Shown: piece after piece, positions 55,182 through 64,000 of the stretch
How positions within the stretch are numbered: position 1 is the first letter of the stretch
How the letters are laid out: each line of letters starts with the position of its first letter
Source: Nanobdellota archaeon
Lineage (GTDB): Archaea > Nanobdellota > Nanobdellia > Pacearchaeales > GW2011-AR1
Length of the DNA: 64,000 nucleotides
Assembly (NCBI GenBank): GCA_038044745.1
Contig: JBBSZK010000009.1
Coordinates: forward strand, 245-64,244
Reading direction: 5' to 3'
Notes under the pieces: model-generated
Database searches by the model: none
The model's input: the letters and a program-made list of their open reading frames with translations, nothing else
What the model was told of the DNA's origin: nothing
Translations under genes and position numbers: made by a program

Positions 55182-55457
55182 ATGTTCGTGTTATACGCTA
55201 TGGATCCTTTCCTCGAACAACTTGCATCACAAATGGGGATTCCCATAGGGCTTCTTATCATTGCCTTGATTTGGTCGCTTGTCTGGAAGGCAATTGCTTT
55301 TTGGAAGACTGCGCGCAATAATCATATCATCTGGTTCGTTATATTTTTCATAGTTCACACGTTTGGAATTCTTGAAATTCTATACCTCTTTCTCTTCTCG
55401 AAGATATCTCTTGATAAAAATAAAACGTTGTCAAAAAAATCGAGGAAACGTCAATGA
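55182..55457 (+). CDS. DUF5652-like small membrane protein
   Basis: LIWSLVWKAIAFWKTARNNHIIWFVIFFIVHTFGILEILYLF matches the remembered DUF5652 core. The start may be Met7 (55200). Confidence 0.55.
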   Translation: MFVLYAMDPFLEQLASQMGIPIGLLIIALIWSLVWKAIAFWKTARNNHIIWFVIFFIVHTFGILEILYLFLFSKISLDKNKTLSKKSRKRQ

Positions 55458-55681
55458 ACACTCTATTCAAACGGCACCAAAAAGTGCGATTGCTCGTTGC
55501 TCCCCACGAAGAAGACATCGAGCCTTACACAGATCCTCCAGTAAAAATTGGCGCAGGAGCTATGGGATTCATCAATATTCTTCTGCCTAATGGAAGATAT
55601 CATGTGAAAATTCAGGACCAAGAAGGCAACGAACTTGCATACGTGGCCATGGACGAGGAACAACTAGAGGCATCAGCCTGA
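55454..55681 (+). CDS. Hypothetical small protein (75 aa)
   Basis: Overlaps both neighbouring genes by 1-4 nt, consistent with an operon. No motif. Confidence 0.5.
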   Translation: MNTLFKRHQKVRLLVAPHEEDIEPYTDPPVKIGAGAMGFINILLPNGRYHVKIQDQEGNELAYVAMDEEQLEASA

Positions 55682-56556
55682 TGATTTCGGTCGTCATCGC
55701 CTCGTATAAAGAGCCGCGAACGATTGGAAAAGCAATCAAAGTGTTAGCGTTACAACTTACGAAAAATGATGAAATTATCGTAACGGCTCCTGACATAGAA
55801 ACAAGAAACGCGGCTCGCGCAACACGTACAAACGGCATTCCGCTCGTTATACTCGTCGATAAAGGCAAGGGAAAACCGGCGGCGCTCAATCGCGCAGTAC
55901 AGAAAGCAAAATATCCTTTACTTCTGCTCACGGATGGAGACGTGCGTGTATCTTCAAACGCAGTTGAACGTTTAAAACAGCACAGCGCCAATATTCGCGT
56001 CGGCATTGTGACGGGTCGCGTTGTCGCCACCAATGCAAAAAAAACAATGCTCGGATTTTGGGCGTATGCGCTAAGTGAAGCGTTTCACGAATTGCGATTA
56101 AAGCGGCAACAGAAGGAAGGCGTTATCGCCACAGGGTATCTCTATCTCATACGGAAAAATCTCTTCCCCTTTATACCCGAAGACACGTTAGCCGACGATG
56201 CGTACGTGTCACATCACGTTCTCGCAACGGGGCACACTATCGTATACGAGCCTCGTGCCGAGGTCTACGTCAAATACCCCGCAAGCCTTCCTGACTGGTT
56301 GCGACAAAAAAAGAGAACAGCGGGTCGTGTGTATCAACTGGCTAAATTCTATCATATATCAAAACTACATTCATTCACGCAAGAGGTATCAGTCGGAGTA
56401 CTTGTACTTAAAAAAATAAGTTCTCTACAAGAAGTGTTCTGGCTCCTAGGGCTCTTCATCTTCAAACTATACGTGTGGGCACGTGTCTTCTTTGACTATC
56501 GTCTTTGGAAGCGCACGTTTAGCAAAGCGTGGGAACGAGTAGAAAGCACAAAGTAA
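55681..56556 (+). CDS. Family 2 glycosyltransferase
   Basis: ISVVIASYKEP..., LLLLTDGD (DxD), and a C-terminal TM segment. Confidence 0.75.
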   Translation: MISVVIASYKEPRTIGKAIKVLALQLTKNDEIIVTAPDIETRNAARATRTNGIPLVILVDKGKGKPAALNRAVQKAKYPLLLLTDGDVRVSSNAVERLKQHSANIRVGIVTGRVVATNAKKTMLGFWAYALSEAFHELRLKRQQKEGVIATGYLYLIRKNLFPFIPEDTLADDAYVSHHVLATGHTIVYEPRAEVYVKYPASLPDWLRQKKRTAGRVYQLAKFYHISKLHSFTQEVSVGVLVLKKISSLQEVFWLLGLFIFKLYVWARVFFDYRLWKRTFSKAWERVESTK

Positions 56557-56595
56557 CCAGTAACTTTTAATACGCATTCTTTTTCTCAAGAGCAA

Positions 56596-56669
56596 GGGGC
56601 CATGGGGTAGCCTAGTTAGCCTTCTACCATGGGGTGGTAGCGACCCCGGTGCGAATCCGGGTGGCCCCA
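56596..56669 (+). tRNA. tRNA-Pro (anticodon GGG)
   Basis: GGGGCCA TG GGGT..GCCT T CTACC ATGGGGT GGTAG CGAC CCCGG TGCGAAT CCGGG TGGCCCC A. Confidence 0.85.
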
Positions 56670-56681
56670 TTTATTCCCTAA

Positions 56682-56948
56682 TTAACTGCTCTTAATAAAA
56701 TAGACAAACCAAATAACAAATGTCATAACGGCAAGCACTATAAGAACAGTAATAATTTCGTTAAAAATTTTCTTTCTCTCTTCCTTGGGGCCCTCATAAT
56801 TAAGTCTCTTTACCGCCTCTCGATAAGTCTCTTTTTCTTCTTCACTCAACTCGCCCTGCGTCAACCCGCTTTGTTTAGGCTCAGATTTCTTATGGTCGTA
56901 CACGAATCGATGAGCTCCCCCCGTATTAACAATTTCTCGTATACCCAT
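56682..56948 (-). CDS. Hypothetical protein with C-terminal TM anchor (88 aa)
   Basis: Charged N-terminal part and C-terminal VLIVLAVMTFVIWFVYFI. Confidence 0.5.
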   Translation of the reverse strand: MGIREIVNTGGAHRFVYDHKKSEPKQSGLTQGELSEEEKETYREAVKRLNYEGPKEERKKIFNEIITVLIVLAVMTFVIWFVYFIKSS

Positions 56949-56994
56949 ATCTCTTTAGGATAAATCTGATATTTATATCTTGCTTATAGTAGAG

Positions 56995-58101
56995 TTAAAT
57001 AAGAGAATTCTTAATCTCTTTCACAATCCGTTGTATCTGCGTAGAAGAAAGCGCATCCCACAAACTTATTCTGATTGAACCATCAATCTCTTTCTTTCCA
57101 AGTCCGAGTGCGCGCAGCACGTAATCTTCTTTATCCCCATGCGATTCACACGCGCTACCCGTTGATATATAGATTCCTTTCTGTGAAAGGCGCGTAACAA
57201 GCATTTCGGCATCAACACGAGGAAATGAGACATGCACATTGTTTGCAAGTCGGTATACGCGAGAACCATTAACAACGCCCCCCATTTTTTCCAATTCATT
57301 CATTAAGAGATCTCTACTATGTGCTATCTTCTTCCAGTCTTTTTTCTTGACGTCTGCAACGGCAGTCGCAAACCCAACCGCCCCCGCTACGTTTTCCGTG
57401 CCACTACGAATTCCACGTTCCTGTCCTCCCCCAAACATCGCAGCCCCGAGATTGATTCCTTCTCGTACATACAAAATCCCGATGCCCTTGGGACCCCCGA
57501 TTTTATGCGCGGACGCTGAAAGCAAGTCAATGTTCATCGCTCGAACATCAATTCTTTCCTTTCCAAAACTCTGTGCCGCATCGGTATGAAAGAGCACATT
57601 TTTCTTGTGACAAAGAGTTCCAATTGTTCCAATGTCCTGTAACGTCCCCACAACGTTATTTGCATGCATGACTGACACAACAAGCGTGTTTTCATCGACC
57701 TCTTTTTCAAGCTGTGCGAAATCAATAAATCCCTCTGAATTGACAGGAAGCGTTACAATCGTGTACCCCCACGAACGCAAATACTCACACGGAGCCTTCA
57801 TCGACGCGTGTTCAATTGCGCTTACAATAATCTTTTTCTTTTTCGAGTGATGGGCAAGTCCGAAGAGGGCAAGGTTATTCGACTCGGTTGCTCCCGACGT
57901 GAAAATAAGCTCATGCGGTTTCGCGTGCAGTTCGCGAGCAAGACGCGTACGTGCATCGTTCAGTGCTTTGAGCGCCTGCTCTCCGAACGCATGGGGTGAA
58001 CTAGGGTTCCCATACGTGTGAGAAAAGTAAGGCCCCATCATCTTAACAACATTAGGAAAAACAGGCGTTGTCGATGCAGCATCAAGGTAGAGGGGATTCA
58101 T
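56995..58101 (-). CDS. Cysteine desulfurase (class V aminotransferase, NifS/IscS-like)
   Basis: PLP-lysine motif SAHKIGGPKGIG and active-site TGSACES. 368 aa. Confidence 0.85.
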   Translation of the reverse strand: MNPLYLDAASTTPVFPNVVKMMGPYFSHTYGNPSSPHAFGEQALKALNDARTRLARELHAKPHELIFTSGATESNNLALFGLAHHSKKKKIIVSAIEHASMKAPCEYLRSWGYTIVTLPVNSEGFIDFAQLEKEVDENTLVVSVMHANNVVGTLQDIGTIGTLCHKKNVLFHTDAAQSFGKERIDVRAMNIDLLSASAHKIGGPKGIGILYVREGINLGAAMFGGGQERGIRSGTENVAGAVGFATAVADVKKKDWKKIAHSRDLLMNELEKMGGVVNGSRVYRLANNVHVSFPRVDAEMLVTRLSQKGIYISTGSACESHGDKEDYVLRALGLGKKEIDGSIRISLWDALSSTQIQRIVKEIKNSLI

Positions 58102-58175
58102 TGCCTTCTAAAGGAAAAGTACTCTTAAAACCTTTCGGGCGCAAGGATTTTATAGCGTATTGTTCTCTCAAAGGC

Positions 58176-58814
58176 ATGCCTCTTTCGCTCAAAGTAAAAC
58201 GGCGCGTTATCGTATCAAGCTGGGTCGTGCTGGTGGTCCTCTTGTATATGTTCAAGAACGCTTCTTTTTTGGCTCGCGTTCTTTCAACCATGGGGCTCGT
58301 AGCCCTGTTTTACACAGTGGATCATTACTTCAAGGCCGATTTCAAACCTCGCCATTACCTTTTCATTTACTTTATGGCGGCAGCAGGATTTCTGCTGAGC
58401 CCACTCTATTATCTGTACTCCCTATACGATAAAATCCTGCATCTCATAGTCCCTATTTTGTTTTCATCGATAGTGTTTCATCTTGTCTCAAAATTACGGC
58501 TTGAGAAAAAGTGGGAGCTCTTCTTCACGTTTGCGATTGTGTTAGGTTCGCTGGCGCTTTTCGAGCTCGGAGAATTCGGCCTCGATTATTTCTTCAATAT
58601 GCAAATGCAAGGCGTCTATATGCGAGACGCCTCTGGCCTTGAAAAGTATGATATTCTTATGGACCGAAACGATGACACGATGGTCGACATACTATTGGGA
58701 ACGATTGGCTCGGGAGCGTATTGGCTTACTCGATTAACGCGCCACTCTATGCAGCAACGCGCTCGTCAGAAGCGGGTCGAATATCACAGGTCGAAATCAC
58801 ATCGAGCTCGCTAA
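58176..58814 (+). CDS. Integral membrane protein, unknown function
   Basis: ORF 58068.. trimmed to Met37 to avoid a divergent 5' overlap with the desulfurase gene. About 6 TM segments. Confidence 0.5.
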   Translation: MPLSLKVKRRVIVSSWVVLVVLLYMFKNASFLARVLSTMGLVALFYTVDHYFKADFKPRHYLFIYFMAAAGFLLSPLYYLYSLYDKILHLIVPILFSSIVFHLVSKLRLEKKWELFFTFAIVLGSLALFELGEFGLDYFFNMQMQGVYMRDASGLEKYDILMDRNDDTMVDILLGTIGSGAYWLTRLTRHSMQQRARQKRVEYHRSKSHRAR

Positions 58815-59175
58815 ATTCTTTGAACCCATAGTAAAACTTTCCTTCAAGCTCCCATGCAGGCAGCGAGGCAAGCCCCACACATTTAGTTTGAGCATCACAC
58901 GCACGTTTTTCAATAAGTTCCCATGCGACTATGCCAAAGAGCGCGTGTTGCGCATCGCAGTCGGCGCAATTTGCTGTTTCATAAAATACGGTTCCTTTTG
59001 AAGCGAGGCATTCAGCAAAAGCCATTTTTTGGTCTTCTCCCAATACATAGCCCGTTGTTTTAGAAAACCAATCTGAAAATAAATAGGTGCCTACAATAAT
59101 CACTACAAGCACGAAAAAAGTTGCAAAGACACGCGTTTGGGTGTTCATCTCTTCTAACGGACTAGAAACGTTCAT
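58747..59175 (-). CDS. Membrane-anchored thioredoxin-fold protein (VKOR-partner-like, CxxC = CADC)
   Basis: Trimmed to MNVSSPLEE... There is a TM helix, then GTVFYETANCADCDAQHALFG...C...LPAWELEGKFYYG, resembling the Trx-like domain found with VKOR/DsbB-type systems. Confidence 0.5.
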   Translation of the reverse strand: MNVSSPLEEMNTQTRVFATFFVLVVIIVGTYLFSDWFSKTTGYVLGEDQKMAFAECLASKGTVFYETANCADCDAQHALFGIVAWELIEKRACDAQTKCVGLASLPAWELEGKFYYGFKEFSELDVISTCDIRPASDERVAA

Positions 59176-59208
59176 AATGTTTATAAAGATACGGTTCACT
59201 AAACGACC

Positions 59209-59757
59209 ATGATAGGCTGGATTATTGGAGGCATTGGTGTTCTTGTCTTGCTCATTTTTATCTATTACTACAATCGCTTTAAAACGCTTGAGAATCGCAT
59301 TGACAACTCCCTGTCGCAGATTGACGTACAGCTCAAGAAACGAGCAGACCTTGTTCCGAATTTGATTGAGACCGTGAAAGGCTATGCCAAGCACGAAAAG
59401 TCCATTATGTTGGAAGTCACAAAAGCACGCGCCAGTGTGCTCGGTGCTTCAGATATACAAGGAAAAATGAAGGCCGGTGTTAAATTACAATCTGCGCTCG
59501 GTTCACTCTTTGCAGTTGCAGAAAACTATCCGCAGCTTAAGGCAAATGAAAACTTCGTACACTTGCAACAAGAATTATCTGCCATAGAGGACAAAGTGGC
59601 CTATGCGCGTCAGGCGTACACCGATTCAATTCTCGCATACAACAACAGCGTAGAAACCTTCCCTGGCGCCTTCTTCGCTAAATTGTACAGTCACAAAGAA
59701 AAGCCTTCGTTCCAAATTCCCGCAGAAGAACGGAAAGTGCCTAAAGTTAGTTTCTAA
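59209..59757 (+). CDS. lemA: LemA family protein
   Basis: N-terminal TM, then YNRFKTLENRIDNSLSQIDVQLKKRADLVPNLIETVKGYAKHE, a typical LemA sequence. Confidence 0.9.
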   Translation: MIGWIIGGIGVLVLLIFIYYYNRFKTLENRIDNSLSQIDVQLKKRADLVPNLIETVKGYAKHEKSIMLEVTKARASVLGASDIQGKMKAGVKLQSALGSLFAVAENYPQLKANENFVHLQQELSAIEDKVAYARQAYTDSILAYNNSVETFPGAFFAKLYSHKEKPSFQIPAEERKVPKVSF

Positions 59758-60284
59758 TGAAAGGCCCGCATGTTAATATAGAATTCAAGGCTCGCTGTTC
59801 AGATCTTGAGAGAGTTCGTATTATTCTTAAAGAGAGAGGGGCAGATTTCAAAGGTGTTGATCATCAGGTGGACACCTATTTTAACGTGAGAAAAGGAAGA
59901 CTCAAGCTCAGAGAGGGCTCGATTGAAAACCATCTCATTTTTTATGAACGTCAGGACACGTCAGGCTCCAAGCAGTCTAACGTCATTCTTTTTCCTACAG
60001 AACCTGATTCTATTATCAAATCAATGCTCACAAAGTCAAATGGTATCCTCGCGGTCGTGGATAAAAAGCGAGAGATTTATTTTATTGATAATGTAAAATT
60101 TCATCTTGACACCGTGGAAGGACTCGGTTCTTTTGTCGAAGTTGAAGCGATTGACTACGAGGGTTCCATGGGTGTGGATAAATTAAAAGCCCAATGCGAT
60201 TCGTACCAGGAATTGCTGAAAATACGCTCTGAAGACTTTATTGCCCATTCATATAGCGATATGATCCTGCAAGGCAATCTTTAA
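59757..60284 (+). CDS. CYTH-domain protein (class IV adenylyl cyclase / triphosphatase-like)
   Basis: NIEFKAR, QVDTYF, RLKLRE, LIFYER, and VEGLGSFVEVEA are CYTH signature strands. Confidence 0.8.
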   Translation: MKGPHVNIEFKARCSDLERVRIILKERGADFKGVDHQVDTYFNVRKGRLKLREGSIENHLIFYERQDTSGSKQSNVILFPTEPDSIIKSMLTKSNGILAVVDKKREIYFIDNVKFHLDTVEGLGSFVEVEAIDYEGSMGVDKLKAQCDSYQELLKIRSEDFIAHSYSDMILQGNL

Positions 60285-60308
60285 ATACAAACTTCTCGTC
60301 AGAGGAAA

Positions 60309-60902
60309 GTGAAAAAAGAGTTGTTTGTTTTCTTCTGTATGGGCCTTCTTTCTTTAAGTATGGTCCTTGTTACCGCAGAAGGCGCTTCTACGGGAGGCAC
60401 CACGACAGGCACCGAACGAACCGTTAACGCCGTTAATGCAGTGGCGTGCGAGACACGCGCAACAGTAAAAGAAAGAATACAATGTCGTATGCAATTCAGG
60501 TCAAACGTACAGTCTATCGAAGAGTCCTGTCGTGCGCTCTCTATAGACAAACAAGCTGCATGCAATCGCCTACAAAATGATGCGGCCCCGTGTTACGACA
60601 AGCCTGCAACCGAAAAAGCACTCTGTCTTCGAACCAACGCAGGTGTAGGAGCCGGAAAGCTCAATCGTTACGCAGCTACCGAACGACGTCACTATGCCGC
60701 GCTTTTAATGTACGAATTGCAAGAACGGATTGAGGCCAAGCAAGAAGCCGGAGCATTGACCGACGAACAGGCTGCCGACCTCATTGCACAGATAGTTGAC
60801 ATCAAGCAGGCGTTGCTCGCCAACGCGCCCCTCGATGAAGTCAAAACAAAAATGAGTGCATTCAAAGTCGCGTATCAAACGGCCATGGGGGCAACCGCAT
60901 GA
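60309..60902 (+). CDS. Secreted helical Cys-containing hypothetical protein
   Basis: Signal peptide MKKELFVFFCMGLLSLSMVLVTAEG. Confidence 0.55.
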   Translation: MKKELFVFFCMGLLSLSMVLVTAEGASTGGTTTGTERTVNAVNAVACETRATVKERIQCRMQFRSNVQSIEESCRALSIDKQAACNRLQNDAAPCYDKPATEKALCLRTNAGVGAGKLNRYAATERRHYAALLMYELQERIEAKQEAGALTDEQAADLIAQIVDIKQALLANAPLDEVKTKMSAFKVAYQTAMGATA

Positions 60903-61105
60903 AACAAAGCATTCTCATCGGCGCAGGTGTGCTTATAGCGCTTATCCTTGTAGGGTATATCATGTTCGGCAATGACGCCGACAATACTCCGGAACCCCGT
61001 ACGGATGGAATCAACGAAGAACTTTCCATTCAAGAGGAGCCTTCGCTCTCATCAGACGCTGACGTTTTCAACGAGTTTGACGCAGCACTTGACGGTCTCA
61101 GCTAA
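60899..61105 (+). CDS. Small membrane protein with acidic tail (68 aa)
   Basis: TM helix ILIGAGVLIALILVGYIMF. 4-nt overlap with the upstream gene. Confidence 0.5.
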   Translation: MKQSILIGAGVLIALILVGYIMFGNDADNTPEPRTDGINEELSIQEEPSLSSDADVFNEFDAALDGLS

Positions 61106-61146
61106 TCTTTCATCAGTTTTATATACTAAATTCGCAAAAGGTTTCT

Positions 61147-62043
61147 ATGCAACGCGTATCATTTGAAGACCAGATAACCAAGAACAAGCTCAAATCGGTG
61201 CTTCTCATGACGATAGTCATCGCCTTCTTTATCGTACTGGGTTACGTCGTTGCTCAACTGTTTGACCCCTCTTATTTTTTCATAATCATGATTATTTCAA
61301 TCATTTTCTCATTGGGGTATACGATTTTCAGCTATTATAACTCCGATAAAATTGCGCTCGCCTCAGTGAATGCAAAGCCCGCCTCGCCTACCGAACATCG
61401 TATGCTATTTCATGCAACCGAAAGCATGGCTATTTCTGCGGGACTACCTATGCCACGCCTATACGTAATGAATTCATCCGAAATAAACGCATTCGCATCA
61501 GGTCGCGACCCCAAACATGCAGTCATCTGTGTAACAACGGGGATGCTTGAAAAACTGAATAAACAAGAACTTGAAGGCGTCGTCGCACACGAAATGTCCC
61601 ACATTGCCAATTTTGACATCCGATTTATGACCGCAACTGCCATTCTCATTGGCATGATTTCTATTATTGCCGAACTCTTTCTTCGTAGCCTTTGGTTCTC
61701 AAATAATGATGAACGCGGAGGACGAGCCCAGCTCGTATTTCTCCTTGTAGGAATCGTGCTTTCTATCCTTGCCCCGATAGCCGCACAACTCGTTTCGCTT
61801 GCCATCTCGAGAAAGCGCGAATATCTCGCCGACGCAACGGGTGCAAAGTTCACACGGTATCCGCAAGGTCTCGCCAACGCCCTCAAAAAAATAAAGCACG
61901 AACATGTTTCAAAAAGCGAAATGCACCGATTTAACCGTGCAGTTGCGCCGTTATGTATTGCGAATCCCTTCAAGAAAGTATCTGGACTATTTGCGACACA
62001 TCCCGATATTAACGATCGAATTAGACGTTTGGAGCAGATGTAG
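61147..62043 (+). CDS. htpX: HtpX-like M48 zinc metalloprotease
   Basis: HEMSHI zinc motif, 4 TM segments, and REYLADATG downstream. Confidence 0.88.
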   Translation: MQRVSFEDQITKNKLKSVLLMTIVIAFFIVLGYVVAQLFDPSYFFIIMIISIIFSLGYTIFSYYNSDKIALASVNAKPASPTEHRMLFHATESMAISAGLPMPRLYVMNSSEINAFASGRDPKHAVICVTTGMLEKLNKQELEGVVAHEMSHIANFDIRFMTATAILIGMISIIAELFLRSLWFSNNDERGGRAQLVFLLVGIVLSILAPIAAQLVSLAISRKREYLADATGAKFTRYPQGLANALKKIKHEHVSKSEMHRFNRAVAPLCIANPFKKVSGLFATHPDINDRIRRLEQM

Positions 62044-63052
62044 ACTTTCTTCTTTCTAAATAAACAGGTAAATTTAATTCTTGGTAGAGCACAGACATGT
62101 TTACTATGTTTCTTATGTTTGAAATGTTAAAATGTTTTTCTAACTCTTTCCCTGAAGGGTATCTTTTTTCATTTTTTATTATCCTCAATATATATTTTTT
62201 AAATTCCTCTTTCCATAAATTAATGAGCGCAATATCCGGGATTTTAGCTCTTTTTCCGCCCATATTTCGTAAAGGGGGTACCAGATCAAGTATTTTATAA
62301 ATCTCGAATAAACTCTTGAAATAACTATAAAGGTCAAGATTTAATTCTTTTAATATTTCATTATAACCAGGTTTTATTTTTTCTTTTAGGTATTTATTCA
62401 GAACATAATTTAATATTTTCTCTCTCTTCAATTTCTTGCTTATATCTTCTTGATTCACAGAATGATCAAGGATAAAATCAAGATTATGCGTATCTTCAAT
62501 TTTTAAAGTTTTCATTAATTCTCCTCCTCTAATCAATCTGATATCTCCTCGTAAATTTAAATTATGGTCGCATAGGTCTGTGGTAGTTATTATAATTGCC
62601 TTATCTAAACTCTCTTTTCTTATAAAACTTTCAACCTGTTTTAGATCTCGTGATTTAAATTTTTCAAACTTATTATATGCCTTAAGCTCTATGCCTACTT
62701 TATCTTTTCCGTCAGTGGCTATGATGTCTATGCCTCTCTCCCTTATATTTCTATATTTAACTAATCTTAGGCCTAAATTTCCGATATTTTCTATTACAAT
62801 TTCAAGCAATAGTTGCGCTTTCCGGGACTTAATCTCTTGATTAGCAGTTATTTTATAAGTCAATCCCGCTTCTTTATATAAAAAATCAATGCTTTCTTCT
62901 ATTTTTAATTTGAAATTTCTTTGTAGTTCTCTTTTACTTGGAATATGTCCTCTTTTGTACTCTGCTCTAATGTAATCCATTAATTCCTTTTTTACTTGGG
63001 ATTTGGAGTTATTAGGTCTCTTTCCTTTGTAAAACAAAAGAACATAACTCAT
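62021..63052 (-). CDS. Mrr-like restriction-endonuclease-fold protein flanked by three HEARO-like (homing-endonuclease-associated) helical repeats
   Basis: Core RERGIDIIATDGKDKVGIELKAY (D...E.K). Repeats are KRGHIPSKRELQRNF...LYKEAGL, IKPGYNEILKEL...IYKILDL and KRYPSGKELEKHF...LYQELNL. Very AT-rich. Confidence 0.55.
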   Translation of the reverse strand: MSYVLLFYKGKRPNNSKSQVKKELMDYIRAEYKRGHIPSKRELQRNFKLKIEESIDFLYKEAGLTYKITANQEIKSRKAQLLLEIVIENIGNLGLRLVKYRNIRERGIDIIATDGKDKVGIELKAYNKFEKFKSRDLKQVESFIRKESLDKAIIITTTDLCDHNLNLRGDIRLIRGGELMKTLKIEDTHNLDFILDHSVNQEDISKKLKREKILNYVLNKYLKEKIKPGYNEILKELNLDLYSYFKSLFEIYKILDLVPPLRNMGGKRAKIPDIALINLWKEEFKKYILRIIKNEKRYPSGKELEKHFNISNIRNIVNMSVLYQELNLPVYLERRKSTSAPNV

Positions 63053-63207
63053 TTAGCTCTATGATTTTCTTCTATTTATATTTTTCTCATTTACCGATTG
63101 ATGAACGCATACGAAGATTAGAAGCAAGGTAATACGCGCCCTTCGCAGTTCCCAGCATTTTTTAGGTTTCATGCAAACAACTATATAACTGAGAAACCGT
63201 TCTAAGC

Positions 63208-63962
63208 ATGACTGAAGACCAAATATTGAATGCTTTCGAATCAGTGGGCATTCCTAAGATGCAAACAATCGTCTATTTAGATCTTCTTAAGAATAAAGAA
63301 TCTACAGCTCCCAAGTCTCAAAAAAACTAAAATGCATAGGGCTAATATATACGATACGTTAACAAAACTTAAAGAGAGAAACCTCGTCTACCTATTAAAT
63401 AAAGATGGAAAACAGGTGTTTGCCACACTATCAACTGATTTGATTATCAACGAAGAAAAAAATAAGTTAGAAAATCTAAAATCAGCGATGAATTACATAA
63501 AAACGACCTATGTATCTGGGCAAACTCCTAAAGTATACGCCTTAGAAGGGATTAACGCCGTAAAAAGCGTTTTATTCAGTCTTTTAGAAAAAATTCGGAC
63601 ATGTGGATTTATGGTCTTGCAGAAAACGAAAAAGTTATCAACGTTCTTAATGACAGGCTAATGCATTCATTTCATCTAGAACGAATAAAGAAACGACTTA
63701 ATCTCAAGCTTCTTTTTTATAAAATTCCTATAGAAGAAATAAAAACCCTCAGCAATCTTAAGTTTACCGAAGCCAGACTTTTGCCAAAAAAAACAACAGT
63801 CTAAAACGTCCCAAATTACTCAGATAGTCTGCGAAAAACTCAGTGTATATCCCGCTTTGGATTCAGCCCATTTACACGATTGTAATCGAAAGCGAAGTTA
63901 TCGCAAAAGAATACACTGATTTATATGATCTCATCTGGAGTTATTCTAAAAAAGTAATATAA
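63208..63962 (+). pseudogene. TrmB-family transcriptional regulator, disrupted by at least three frameshifts
   Basis: MTEDQILNAFESVGIPKMQTIVYLDLLKNKESTA... stops after the A7 run at 63320-63326. It continues in another frame as (K)MHRANIYDTLTKLKERNLVYL, then in further frames (MWIYGLAENEK..., ...VIESEVIAKEYTDLYDLIWSYSKKVI). Confidence 0.6.
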
Positions 63963-64000
63963 GTTTTCGAGGAGAAACGTCTTCTTTCATACAACAATTA

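Noticed and set aside
58068-58175. Upstream part of ORF 58068..58814 overlapping the 5' end of the divergent cysteine desulfurase gene
   Set aside because: A divergent 5'-5' coding overlap is unlikely. Met37 precedes the first TM helix and leaves room for promoters.
59176-59394. N-terminal 73 codons of ORF 58747..59394 overlapping the lemA start on the opposite strand
   Set aside because: The extension has no features. Starting at MNVSS... gives a standard signal-anchor followed by a thioredoxin-fold protein.

Overview
The window looks like part of a compact archaeal chromosome. The gene content suggests a small-genome, DPANN-like lineage, but that assignment is an inference and cannot be confirmed without database searches. 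Coding density is high.

The core is a conserved information-processing block on the minus strand: rpoH, rpoB, rpoA, L30e, nusA, S12, S7, EF-2 and EF-1alpha. Other housekeeping genes include the IleRS 5' part, a DEAD-box helicase, RNase HII, archaeal DnaG, an SMC-like ATPase, an nrdR / class II RNR / thioredoxin operon, a cysteine desulfurase, HtpX and LemA. Four tRNA genes are present: Ser-GCU, an initiator-like Met-CAU, Lys-UUU with a 57-nt intron, and Pro-GGG. No rRNA genes and no CRISPR array were seen.

Main hunting result: three AT-rich, integrase-less elements sit directly against the 3' ends of two tRNA genes.
- A 1.2 kb islet lies at tRNA-Ser (6129-7310).
- A tandem pair of 1.3 kb and 10.7 kb lies at tRNA-Lys (37956-50035).
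- Each is bounded by 12-13 bp direct repeats of the tRNA 3' end.
- Each carries element-side inverted core heptamers or decamers, a homologous arm of about 100 nt, and TATA-like ATTGTCGAGA terminal motifs.
- The two small islets carry RelE-type toxin-antitoxin modules.
- The large one carries a surface-protein operon: a KamA-like radical SAM enzyme, a beta-helix protein, a 7-bladed FG-GAP propeller fused to a zincin, a Cys-rich membrane protein and a secreted protein.

Other notable items:
- rpoA is a single fused gene where other archaea have separate A' and A'' genes.
- The SMC-head ATPase has a central CPLC zinc-hook-like motif instead of a hinge.
- The RNR carries a LAGLIDADG intein in its catalytic NPC/SE loop.
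- nrdR has two tandem NrdR boxes upstream.
- The initiator tRNA is atypical.
- A terminal AT-rich segment holds an Mrr-like nuclease and a frameshifted TrmB gene.
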